A stretch of DNA of 64,000 nt from Escherichia phage 348Ecol098PP: the sequence record OR062947.1; one strand, given 5' to 3'. The position numbers were made by a program, and so were the translations under genes. The notes under the pieces were generated by a model. It saw only the letters and a program-made list of their open reading frames with translations, was not told where the DNA came from and ran no database searches. Below, one piece after another: positions 18,207 to 27,407 of this stretch. Positions within the stretch are counted from its first letter, which is position 1. The number at the start of each line of letters is the position of its first letter.

Positions 18207-18575
18207 ATGATTGAAATTAAATTGAAGAACCCTGAAGATTTTCTGAAAGTCAAAGAGACTCTGACCCGTATGGGCATCGCTAATAACAAGGATAAAGTCC
18301 TTTACCAGTCTTGTCATATCCTCCAAAAGCAAGGTAAATACTATATCGTCCACTTTAAAGAAATGCTGCGTATGGACGGACGTCAGGTTGATATTGACGG
18401 TGAAGACTATCAGCGACGTGATTCGATTGCTCAGTTGCTTGAAGACTGGGGATTGATTGTTATTGAAGATTCTGCTCGTGAAGATCTATTTAGCCTGACT
18501 AATAACTTCCGAGTTATCTCTTTTAAACAGAAAGATGACTGGACTTTGAAAGCAAAATATACAATTGGTAATTAA
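18207..18575 (+). CDS. regA: translational repressor RegA
   Basis: MIEIKLKNPEDFLKVKETLTRMGIANNK...; 122 aa; ATG 18207. Confidence 0.92.
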   Translation: MIEIKLKNPEDFLKVKETLTRMGIANNKDKVLYQSCHILQKQGKYYIVHFKEMLRMDGRQVDIDGEDYQRRDSIAQLLEDWGLIVIEDSAREDLFSLTNNFRVISFKQKDDWTLKAKYTIGN

Positions 18576-18580
18576 AGCAA

Positions 18581-18599
18581 TGGGACTTCGGTCCCATTT
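18581..18599 (+). terminator. UUCG tetraloop hairpin after regA
   Basis: TGGGAC-TTCG-GTCCCA-TTT. Confidence 0.45.
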
Positions 18600-18656
18600 G
18601 GAGTATAATAAGTTCATCAACAAACAAAAGACAATAACTCGTCTAAAGGAAATTAA

Positions 18657-21368
18657 ATGAAAGAATTTTACTTAACGGTTGAACAGATTGGTGATTCAAT
18701 TTTTGAACGTTACATCGATTCTAACGGCCGTGAACGTACTCGTGAAGTAGAATATAAACCATCACTGTTTGCTCATTGTCCAGAAAGTCAGGCTACGAAA
18801 TATTTCGATATCTACGGTAAGCCGTGTACTCGTAAGTTGTTCGCTAATATGCGTGATGCCTCCCAATGGATTAAACGCATGGAAGATATCGGTCTTGAAG
18901 CACTTGGCATGGACGATTTCAAATTGGCGTATTTGTCTGACACTTATAACTATGAAATCAAATACGACCATACAAAAATTCGTGTGGCTAACTTCGACAT
19001 CGAAGTAACATCTCCCGATGGGTTCCCTGAGCCATCACAAGCAAAACATCCGATTGATGCTATCACCCATTATGACTCAATTGACGACAGGTTCTACGTA
19101 TTTGATCTATTGAATTCTCCATATGGTAATGTAGAAGAATGGTCTATTGAAATCGCTGCTAAGCTTCAAGAACAAGGCGGTGATGAAGTTCCATCCGAAA
19201 TTATCGATAAAATCATTTATATGCCGTTCGATAACGAAAAAGAATTGTTGATGGAATATCTCAACTTCTGGCAACAGAAAACTCCTGTCATTTTGACTGG
19301 ATGGAACGTTGAGTCATTTGATATTCCATATGTGTATAACCGAATCAAGAATATTTTTGGCGAATCTACTGCGAAACGTTTATCACCACATCGTAAAACT
19401 CGTGTTAAAGTTATCGAAAACATGTATGGTTCTCGTGAAATCATTACATTGTTCGGTATCTCTGTTCTTGATTACATTGACCTTTACAAAAAATTCTCTT
19501 TTACCAATCAACCATCGTATTCTCTGGATTACATTTCAGAATTTGAATTGAACGTTGGTAAACTGAAATATGACGGCCCTATTTCTAAGCTTCGTGAAAG
19601 CAATCACCAACGATATATTTCTTATAACATTATCGACGTGTATCGTGTATTGCAAATTGATGCTAAGCGTCAGTTCATCAACTTGAGTTTGGACATGGGT
19701 TATTATGCTAAAATTCAGATTCAATCTGTGTTTAGCCCAATTAAAACATGGGATGCTATTATTTTTAATAGCCTTAAAGAGCAGAACAAGGTGATTCCAC
19801 AAGGTCGTTCTCACCCGGTTCAACCTTATCCTGGCGCTTTTGTTAAGGAACCTATTCCAAATCGATACAAATATGTAATGAGTTTCGACCTTACATCTCT
19901 GTATCCAAGTATTATTCGCCAAGTGAATATTAGCCCGGAAACAATAGCAGGAACGTTTAAAGTAGCTCCATTGCATGATTATATTAACGCAATCGCTGAA
20001 CGTCCTTCAGATGTGTACAGTTGTTCTCCTAACGGCATGATGTATTATAAAGACCGTGATGGTGTAGTTCCAACTGAAATCACTAAAGTCTTTAATCAAC
20101 GTAAAGAACATAAAGGTTATATGCTTGCGGCTCAACGTAATGGCGAAATAATTAAAGAGGCATTGCATAATCCTAATCTTTCTGTTGATGAACCATTAGA
20201 TGTTGATTATCGTTTCGACTTCAGTGATGAGATTAAAGAAAAGATTAAAAAGTTGTCTGCTAAATCTCTTAATGAAATGTTGTTTAGAGCTCAACGTACT
20301 GAAGTTGCAGGTATGACTGCCCAAATTAACCGTAAATTGCTTATCAACTCACTTTATGGTGCACTTGGAAACGTTTGGTTCCGTTATTATGATTTGCGTA
20401 ATGCTACTGCAATCACAACATTTGGTCAAATGGCTTTACAGTGGATTGAACGTAAAGTTAATGAATATCTGAATGAAGTTTGTGGTACAGAAGGTGAAGC
20501 TTTCGTTCTTTATGGTGATACAGACTCTATTTACGTATCTGCTGATAAAATTATCGATAAGGTTGGTGAATCTAAATTCCGTGATACCAACCATTGGGTA
20601 GACTTCTTAGATAAGTTTGCACGTGAACGTATGGAACCAGCTATTGATAGAGGTTTCCGTGAAATGTGTGAATACATGAACAATAAACAACACTTAATGT
20701 TCATGGACCGAGAAGCTATCGCTGGTCCTCCACTTGGTTCTAAAGGTATTGGTGGATTCTGGACTGGTAAGAAACGTTATGCATTAAACGTGTGGGATAT
20801 GGAAGGTACTCGTTACGCTGAGCCTAAACTCAAAATCATGGGTCTAGAGACTCAGAAATCTTCGACTCCTAAAGCAGTACAGAAAGCTCTTAAAGAATGT
20901 ATTCGTCGTATGCTTCAAGAAGGTGAAGAATCATTACAAGAATATTTTAAAGAGTTTGAAAAAGAATTCCGTCAATTGAATTATATTAGCATCGCGTCTG
21001 TATCTTCTGCGAATAACATTGCTAAATATGATGTTGGTGGATTCCCTGGCCCCAAATGCCCATTCCATATTCGTGGAATTCTGACGTATAACCGGGCTAT
21101 CAAAGGTAATATCGATGCACCGCAAGTTGTAGAAGGTGAAAAAGTATATGTTCTGCCTTTACGTGAAGGAAACCCATTCGGTGATAAATGTATCGCATGG
21201 CCTTCTGGTACTGAAATCACAGATTTAATTAAAGACGACGTACTTCATTGGATGGACTACACTGTTCTCCTTGAGAAGACATTTATTAAACCACTTGAAG
21301 GATTCACATCAGCAGCGAAACTCGATTACGAGAAGAAAGCATCTCTGTTCGATATGTTCGATTTTTGA
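18657..21368 (+). CDS. 43: DNA polymerase gp43 (family B), RB69-type 903 aa
   Basis: MKEFYLTVEQIGDSIFERYIDSNGRERTREVEYKPSLFAHCPESQ... exo and pol motifs (FDIEV, YGDTDS). Confidence 0.97.
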   Translation: MKEFYLTVEQIGDSIFERYIDSNGRERTREVEYKPSLFAHCPESQATKYFDIYGKPCTRKLFANMRDASQWIKRMEDIGLEALGMDDFKLAYLSDTYNYEIKYDHTKIRVANFDIEVTSPDGFPEPSQAKHPIDAITHYDSIDDRFYVFDLLNSPYGNVEEWSIEIAAKLQEQGGDEVPSEIIDKIIYMPFDNEKELLMEYLNFWQQKTPVILTGWNVESFDIPYVYNRIKNIFGESTAKRLSPHRKTRVKVIENMYGSREIITLFGISVLDYIDLYKKFSFTNQPSYSLDYISEFELNVGKLKYDGPISKLRESNHQRYISYNIIDVYRVLQIDAKRQFINLSLDMGYYAKIQIQSVFSPIKTWDAIIFNSLKEQNKVIPQGRSHPVQPYPGAFVKEPIPNRYKYVMSFDLTSLYPSIIRQVNISPETIAGTFKVAPLHDYINAIAERPSDVYSCSPNGMMYYKDRDGVVPTEITKVFNQRKEHKGYMLAAQRNGEIIKEALHNPNLSVDEPLDVDYRFDFSDEIKEKIKKLSAKSLNEMLFRAQRTEVAGMTAQINRKLLINSLYGALGNVWFRYYDLRNATAITTFGQMALQWIERKVNEYLNEVCGTEGEAFVLYGDTDSIYVSADKIIDKVGESKFRDTNHWVDFLDKFARERMEPAIDRGFREMCEYMNNKQHLMFMDREAIAGPPLGSKGIGGFWTGKKRYALNVWDMEGTRYAEPKLKIMGLETQKSSTPKAVQKALKECIRRMLQEGEESLQEYFKEFEKEFRQLNYISIASVSSANNIAKYDVGGFPGPKCPFHIRGILTYNRAIKGNIDAPQVVEGEKVYVLPLREGNPFGDKCIAWPSGTEITDLIKDDVLHWMDYTVLLEKTFIKPLEGFTSAAKLDYEKKASLFDMFDF

Positions 21369-21408
21369 TATAATGACATGGACGGTAAACTAATTAAACG
21401 AGAGAAAT

Positions 21409-22044
21409 ATGAAAACTACTCCTATTACTATCGCTATTGACGCAATCATAAAACAATCTTCTTCTTTGGCCGCTATGGCCAAAGTAATTAGTCAAAACCC
21501 TGCTCGTTATAATGCTATTCTAGAAACTCTTCGACGTCCGGGACTTAGTAATTATGAAAGTCGTGTAATTATTACAGGTGTTGGTAAGAATGCTAATATT
21601 GCAACTAAAGCTTCTGAGACATTTGCTTCACTCGGTATCCCGAGTATGTACTTGAACACTGGGCATTATTCTCACGGCGATGCAGGATTCATTGCGCCTA
21701 ATGATGTGTTGATTCATATTAGTCGTTCTGGTAAAACTGAAGAAATGATAGGCGTGGCTAAGCATCTTAAAATGATTCGACCGAACGTCAAACAGATTCT
21801 GTTGCATTGTAACCCAGACATTCCACAAGAAAATGAAGCCCTTTTTGATTACTCTTTCTGTACAGGCATCGCAGTAGAGGTTGATGAGAATTCTCTGGCT
21901 CCGACTATGTCCACTACATTGTTGTTAGCGCTTATCGATACGTTTGCTATCAACCTTTCGTCTGAACGTGGATTTACCTCTAATGATTTCCTTAAGTTCC
22001 ATCCAGGCGGTGCACTAGGTGCCATGTTACGAGGCGAGCAATGA
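21409..22044 (+). CDS. SIS-domain sugar-phosphate isomerase, KdsD/KpsF/GutQ-type arabinose-5-phosphate isomerase-like (no CBS domains)
   Basis: GVGKNANIATKASETFASLGIPSMYLNTGHYSHGD, ISRSGKTEE, LAPTMSTTLLLAL, RGFTSNDFLKFHPGGALG match the API SIS-domain pattern from memory. Confidence 0.75.
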   Translation: MKTTPITIAIDAIIKQSSSLAAMAKVISQNPARYNAILETLRRPGLSNYESRVIITGVGKNANIATKASETFASLGIPSMYLNTGHYSHGDAGFIAPNDVLIHISRSGKTEEMIGVAKHLKMIRPNVKQILLHCNPDIPQENEALFDYSFCTGIAVEVDENSLAPTMSTTLLLALIDTFAINLSSERGFTSNDFLKFHPGGALGAMLRGEQ

Positions 22045-22184
22045 AAGCAATAACAATAGGACTTTTACTATTGATGCTTGTCATGACTATCTACTGGAGC
22101 TTAACGGCTCCAGTAATGATTCCAACACTTGTAATTGGATGGATTATGATTGGACTACAAGCAAAGTATGAATGCTTTAACTAG
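22041..22184 (+). CDS. small hydrophobic protein (47 aa, single/double TM)
   Basis: manual translation; ATGA overlap with isomerase stop. Confidence 0.4.
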   Translation: MKAITIGLLLLMLVMTIYWSLTAPVMIPTLVIGWIMIGLQAKYECFN

Positions 22185-22225
22185 AATAGTGTACAATACT
22201 CCTACTTACCAATGAGGACCACAAC

Positions 22226-23911
22226 ATGAAAAAAGCTGTTATTCTTGGTGCTGGACTAGCAACTCGTTTGTATCCAATAACGCATCATATTCCTAAGGTG
22301 CTTGTTAACTATAAACAAGACACTATTCTGAGCAATTTGTATACAATTTATTCTGACCTTGGCGCAGATGAAATTATTGTAGTAGTTCATTCAAAATTTG
22401 CTGGAACTGTTCGAGCTTATTGTGAGCAAGAAGGGTTCAATGTGACTATTCGTACAGTTGATGAAGCGTATGGTTCTGCTTATGCTCTTGCTAAATTGCA
22501 CAAAGATTTAGACGGCCATAATGTAATTGTTAACTGGTGTGATATTATTCCTGATTTTGGTTCATGGTCTTGGAATGTTAACGCAATCTATGTTAAGGGT
22601 GACGAATGTCGATATAATTTCGACGGTGAAAATATCACTAACGTAGGTTCAACAGGTGGTAATGTTGTAGGAATTTACCAGTTCAAAGACTGGGAATTCT
22701 ATATGGGTTCTACCGATGAGGAAATTCATGAATACTGCAAAGGACGTGATTTCGTAGAATTCCTTTACGGCAGTGCATTCAATAAATCAGAGCTTATGAA
22801 TCTAATTGATTTAGGTGATATGCCTAAACTTGAAAAGGCTCATGAAGTTCGTGAACTTAATCGTAGTTTTAATGCAGTTGAAATTGGTGAAGAAACTGTA
22901 ACTAAATTCGCATTAACCGAACAAGGCCGAGCTCTTCAGAAAGATGAGATTTCATGGTATCTTAAAGTGAAATCAGATTCAGTTCCTCAGTTAGTTTCTG
23001 TTAATGAAAATAACTTTGAAATGGAACGCATTAAAGGTAAGCCGGCATTTGAATATATTAAATCCAAATCGAGTCTCGCTCGTCCACAAATTGTTGATGC
23101 AATTTTAGATGCACTGAAATTCAGCACAGACACTTATTTTGTAAGTCCTGAAACTGTTCGTCGTGATTTCACTAAAGAATTCTATACGAAAGTTATTGAT
23201 CGTTGTGAAAGTATTCAACCATTGATTGATTCATTTGGTAAAATAACACATGTGAACTACACTAAGATTGGGCGTCTGAAGCCAATGTTGAAACAAGCTT
23301 TAGAACACCTTATTCGTTATCATAACCGTTCTCAGGGACAGTACTCTGTTATTCATGGTGACCCGAACTTCAGTAATACTATGATTACTGATAATGGCGA
23401 AGTCAAGTTTATCGACCCTCGTGGATATTTTGGTGAAACCAAGATTTACGGGCCAAAATTGTATGATGAAGCTAAAGTGCTTTACGCTGTTTCAGGATAT
23501 GATGAATTCAACGCTAATCCGACCTGGGGGCAGTTTACTATTGATGAAACAACTTGTAATGTGACTATTAACATCAATCCATTAGTTTACAAATATGGAA
23601 AGATGAGTTCGTTTAACGAGTATCATCATTTGGCGGTGGCAATTATCTGGATTGCATTAGGTGGTTATTTCAAGAATAATCCACTTAAAGCGGTAGCCGC
23701 ATATTATAAAGGTATGGAACTTCTGACTAAGCAATTACGTAACATGGGCCGTGTACTTCAGGACGGCACCATTAGTTATGACGTAGCAGAACCTGTAACG
23801 GCTACTCTGATTACAAAAAATCCTGGTAAATGGGTACTAACTGATAAAGAAACTGGTGTTTCCTATCGTCCAATCGGTGGCGATATCACTCATCAATGGG
23901 AACGAATCTAA
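22226..23911 (+). CDS. bifunctional sugar-1-phosphate nucleotidyltransferase / sugar anomeric kinase (APH/choline-kinase fold) fusion
   Basis: N-terminal AVILGAGLATRLYPIT..PK nucleotidyltransferase signature; C-terminal IHGDPNFSN and FIDPRG kinase motifs. Confidence 0.75.
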   Translation: MKKAVILGAGLATRLYPITHHIPKVLVNYKQDTILSNLYTIYSDLGADEIIVVVHSKFAGTVRAYCEQEGFNVTIRTVDEAYGSAYALAKLHKDLDGHNVIVNWCDIIPDFGSWSWNVNAIYVKGDECRYNFDGENITNVGSTGGNVVGIYQFKDWEFYMGSTDEEIHEYCKGRDFVEFLYGSAFNKSELMNLIDLGDMPKLEKAHEVRELNRSFNAVEIGEETVTKFALTEQGRALQKDEISWYLKVKSDSVPQLVSVNENNFEMERIKGKPAFEYIKSKSSLARPQIVDAILDALKFSTDTYFVSPETVRRDFTKEFYTKVIDRCESIQPLIDSFGKITHVNYTKIGRLKPMLKQALEHLIRYHNRSQGQYSVIHGDPNFSNTMITDNGEVKFIDPRGYFGETKIYGPKLYDEAKVLYAVSGYDEFNANPTWGQFTIDETTCNVTININPLVYKYGKMSSFNEYHHLAVAIIWIALGGYFKNNPLKAVAAYYKGMELLTKQLRNMGRVLQDGTISYDVAEPVTATLITKNPGKWVLTDKETGVSYRPIGGDITHQWERI

Positions 23912-24297
23912 TGCACCGTGTAGAAAACATGCTTAATCTTTGTTTTGATGTCGATGATTGTATAACAGAGTGGAATAACAATCGTGATTACGTGAACTTC
24001 AAACCAGACGTCGAAATGGTGTCTGCCATTAATGCCCTATATGATGCAGGGCATACCATAACGCTTTACACTGCTCGCGGTATGAAGTCAGTAGGTCCTG
24101 GTCGTATAGCAATTGACATTCTCCCAAGTCTGATTCAGAACTTGGCAAACATTGGCTTGAAGTACCATAATTTGCTAACACATAAACCAGTATATGATTG
24201 GATTATCGACGACAAAGCTATGCGTCCTGACGAATTCAAAGCTCTTATGAATAAAGGCGAATTCGAAACATTTAAATCATATAAACCGAATCTATAA
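23911..24297 (+). CDS. HAD-superfamily phosphatase
   Basis: motif I FDVDDCIT near N-terminus; TAATG overlap with upstream stop; ORF-track frame. Confidence 0.65.
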   Translation: MHRVENMLNLCFDVDDCITEWNNNRDYVNFKPDVEMVSAINALYDAGHTITLYTARGMKSVGPGRIAIDILPSLIQNLANIGLKYHNLLTHKPVYDWIIDDKAMRPDEFKALMNKGEFETFKSYKPNL

Positions 24298-24351
24298 TAA
24301 TTTAAGTAAGACCTGCAAAAACCATCGCAACAATTAACGCGAGATGCAAAA

Positions 24352-25512
24352 ATGAATACCTTTAAAATCGGAACGAATTTTGATTTAGCTCTTCTTGATA
24401 AAATCGTAGAGCTCAATAAAACTTATCCTAATAGCTTGATAAACGAAGTATACGGCTCTACAAGAGAAATGGCTTTTGTAGCAGCCAGACCTGATTTTAG
24501 GCTTCCTGACGTTGACAAAAAGATGTTAGAAGATTACGTTAAACGTTGTAACGAATTAGGTATTTGCTTTAACTATACACTCAACACGATAAATCCTGGT
24601 TCAAAAAGAGAACTAGTTGAGTGGAAGAAGAAAGCTATTCAGGATTATGTTCAGTATCTTTGGTCAATAGGCGTATGGCGTATTACTATCGCTAACCCTG
24701 TTGTTATGGAAATTGTTCGTGAAGTCAATAAAGACATTGAGATTGAAGTTTCAACAATTCTACATGTCGATGCTGTAACTCAAATCAAATACTTGCATGA
24801 CCAATATAATATCAAAAAGGTCTGCTGTGGAATTCATAAGAACCGTTCAGTTTCTTTCCTGAAGCGTGCAGCAGAGTTTTGCAATAAGAACAATATAATA
24901 TTTGAAGTTCTCGTAAATGAATTCTGCTCTAATGCTGGTAAAGGGTATACAACACATTGTAGTTATCGTGACTCTTGCTATATTTTCCATAGCACCGATG
25001 TTACAGTAGATGATGCCAAATCCTTAAATGGATATCCTATGCAGCACTGTATTAAAGCTCGTGATACAGACCCATTTAACTGGTTGAGAACTCGTTTTGT
25101 TCGTCCTCAAGATTTGAAACTTTATAATGATATTGGTATCACTCAATTCAAAGTTTCAGGACGTACAGGTAGCACCGACTACATTTTGAAAGTTCTTGAA
25201 GCTTATGCTTCTGAAAAGTTTGAAGGTAATTTGTTGGAATTGTGGAAGCCTTTAGAGACTATTTTCACTCTTGAAAATGAGACCGAGTTTTCACATACGG
25301 TAAATATTGAAACCTCTTTGTTAGATGGCTTTTTAGAAAAAAGGTGGTTCAAACATCCAGATTTCGATTGTGCTAATGAAATCTGCGGGACGACGTGTAC
25401 ATATTGTGAAAGATATTATAAACGTCAGTTATCTAAAAATGGGTTAGCAGAAAACTCTATATCTATTATTGATATAACTAACTCTGATGACGCTTTGAGG
25501 TACCCGGAATGA
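24352..25512 (+). CDS. peptidase-U32-family (TIM barrel, Cys-rich) protein
   Basis: NEVYGSTREMAFVAARPDF, ICFNYTLNTINPG, EFCSNAGKGYTTHCSYRDSC resemble U32 proteins as recalled from memory. Confidence 0.5.
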   Translation: MNTFKIGTNFDLALLDKIVELNKTYPNSLINEVYGSTREMAFVAARPDFRLPDVDKKMLEDYVKRCNELGICFNYTLNTINPGSKRELVEWKKKAIQDYVQYLWSIGVWRITIANPVVMEIVREVNKDIEIEVSTILHVDAVTQIKYLHDQYNIKKVCCGIHKNRSVSFLKRAAEFCNKNNIIFEVLVNEFCSNAGKGYTTHCSYRDSCYIFHSTDVTVDDAKSLNGYPMQHCIKARDTDPFNWLRTRFVRPQDLKLYNDIGITQFKVSGRTGSTDYILKVLEAYASEKFEGNLLELWKPLETIFTLENETEFSHTVNIETSLLDGFLEKRWFKHPDFDCANEICGTTCTYCERYYKRQLSKNGLAENSISIIDITNSDDALRYPE

Positions 25513-25790
25513 TTTCTAGAAAAACTTTTAACCACCAACTTAATGAAGAGATTTTGACTATGAAAATTAACAGCAACGAACAAATTCTTAAAAAGGCCCT
25601 TATGGGCCTGTTTGAAACTAAAGCGGCTAAAGTGATTAAAGAAACCTGTTCAACTAGAATACTACGCTGATGCATTTCTTCATAGTGTTCTTGGAAGTAT
25701 CGATGCTGAAGCTTTACGTTATATCAACATCGCTAAGAAATTCAAATAAGCTTTATGAATTGAGTATATAATAACTGTATTGAGGTAAAC

Positions 25791-26507
25791 ATGGGAAAAC
25801 ATAACACAATGAAATATATTAAAGCCGCAGATTTTCAATCCGCATTTAAAGCTGTCAATCGTGAAATTTTAGAAAATCCACAGTTCGTTACTGACTCTCG
25901 TATTGGACGTTGTAATGAAATTGGGTCTATGACAGTAGTTGTTGATACCCCTTCATCATTCAAAATGACCGACCCACGTATTAATCGCATCTCTTATGAA
26001 TATGCTGAAGATTTCTGGAAATTTATGATTTCTGGTGGTACTGATGCAGAAGAAGCATTTAAGGCATATCCTAACGTTGCTAAATTTATTTCTAAACCTA
26101 AATCAGATGCTTTGCCTGCAAACTTCAACACTTTCTACGGTCCACGAATTGCGGCCCAGTTACCAGCTCTTCTCAAAGAACTTAAAGAGAAACCTAATTC
26201 ACGAAGAGTTGTGTTTCAAATTCTTGAAAGTTCAGATCAGGCTTTGCTTGATTCGGATGAAACACTTGAATATCCATGTACTGACTCAGTGACTTATTAT
26301 ATTCGTGATGGTAAGCTTTATACCCACTGTCATATGCGTTCTCAGAACTGTGCTGTTGTTATGCAGTTGGATTTTTATCTCCAAGGAAAATTACTTCATT
26401 ATATCGCTAACGAATGTGGTGTAGAAGTTGGTGATTATACTCATACCATGGTAAGTGCCCATGTGTTTGAACGTGATTTTGATTATGTTAAAGGATTCCT
26501 TGACTAA
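25791..26507 (+). CDS. 42: dCMP hydroxymethylase (thymidylate-synthase fold)
   Basis: PNSRRVVFQI and YPCTDSVTYYIRDGKLYTHCHMRSQN align with the SRR and catalytic Cys regions of T4 gp42. Confidence 0.8.
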   Translation: MGKHNTMKYIKAADFQSAFKAVNREILENPQFVTDSRIGRCNEIGSMTVVVDTPSSFKMTDPRINRISYEYAEDFWKFMISGGTDAEEAFKAYPNVAKFISKPKSDALPANFNTFYGPRIAAQLPALLKELKEKPNSRRVVFQILESSDQALLDSDETLEYPCTDSVTYYIRDGKLYTHCHMRSQNCAVVMQLDFYLQGKLLHYIANECGVEVGDYTHTMVSAHVFERDFDYVKGFLD

Positions 26508-27406
26508 TGGCTATTTTCCGCGTACCTATCTTGAGTATGCGGTCTTATGAAACTGGACAGTATGCTATCCTTAAGGATGGCAACTTCCAACTTCATTTGC
26601 ACCGTGCTAATCCGGGTGATGTGATTACATATCCACGTAATGCATCTGATATTAAAGAATGTGAACGTCTTTTCCCAGAATTTAAGTTTGTTCCATTATG
26701 GTATAAAGATAACGCATATAACACTCGTAAATATTTCTGGTCTGAAAATGAATTTGTGGTTGATTCATTAATTGATTATTATGATTGTGATTTTCTAATC
26801 ACAGATATCACTGGATATGACGGTACTTTTGACGTAGAATTCAATTTCAATATCACTGCAGACCCTAATAAACCACGTTTTTATATTGACGAATTCTTAA
26901 AAACCGATATGTTGTCGGTTAATCGTTCACTTCAAACTACTGTGTTGAATAAACGTCAAAAGGAAGTGCTGGTTAACGCTGGTGCCGATGGTAATAAGAT
27001 TATCGTAACCCAGAAAGTTATACGTCCTTCCATCATGCAGCGTCTTGTAGGTGATTTGGCTCCTATTCATCTAGATGGTATTTTTCATCCATTTCGAATT
27101 AGTGATCCGTGCTATCGTTTTGAACAAGTGGTTGAATGCGCGATTCAATTAGGTCAACCGCTTTATATAACCGATCCAAATAATAGCTTCGACAGAAATA
27201 AGTATCCTGAAGAAGCGTTGATTCGAATTTTTAAACCAACTAAAACTGAGTACTATCAAATTCTTAAAGGACGACCGAAGATTCAATATTTCGAAAATCC
27301 TGAAGAAGTATTTCATCCAGGTCTTGGTGAGTTCATCTACTTTAACGCTTTAATTTCTTCGCCGTATAATATACCTAAATATGAAGATGTCGTAATCGAG
27401 GAATAA
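26507..27406 (+). CDS. hypothetical protein (299 aa) in the syntenic slot of T4 beta-glucosyltransferase; function unknown
   Basis: ORF track; TAATG coupling to gene 42; no recognisable beta-gt similarity. Confidence 0.8.
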   Translation: MAIFRVPILSMRSYETGQYAILKDGNFQLHLHRANPGDVITYPRNASDIKECERLFPEFKFVPLWYKDNAYNTRKYFWSENEFVVDSLIDYYDCDFLITDITGYDGTFDVEFNFNITADPNKPRFYIDEFLKTDMLSVNRSLQTTVLNKRQKEVLVNAGADGNKIIVTQKVIRPSIMQRLVGDLAPIHLDGIFHPFRISDPCYRFEQVVECAIQLGQPLYITDPNNSFDRNKYPEEALIRIFKPTKTEYYQILKGRPKIQYFENPEEVFHPGLGEFIYFNALISSPYNIPKYEDVVIEE

Positions 27407-27407
27407 A

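Noticed and set aside
19536-19976. 146-aa minus-strand ORF inside gene 43 (and other short ORFs in gp43)
   Set aside because: Antisense or alternative-frame to DNA polymerase; spurious.
25478-25675. 65-aa minus-strand ORF in the U32-42 gap
   Set aside because: No RBS, antisense to the operon direction; likely spurious.
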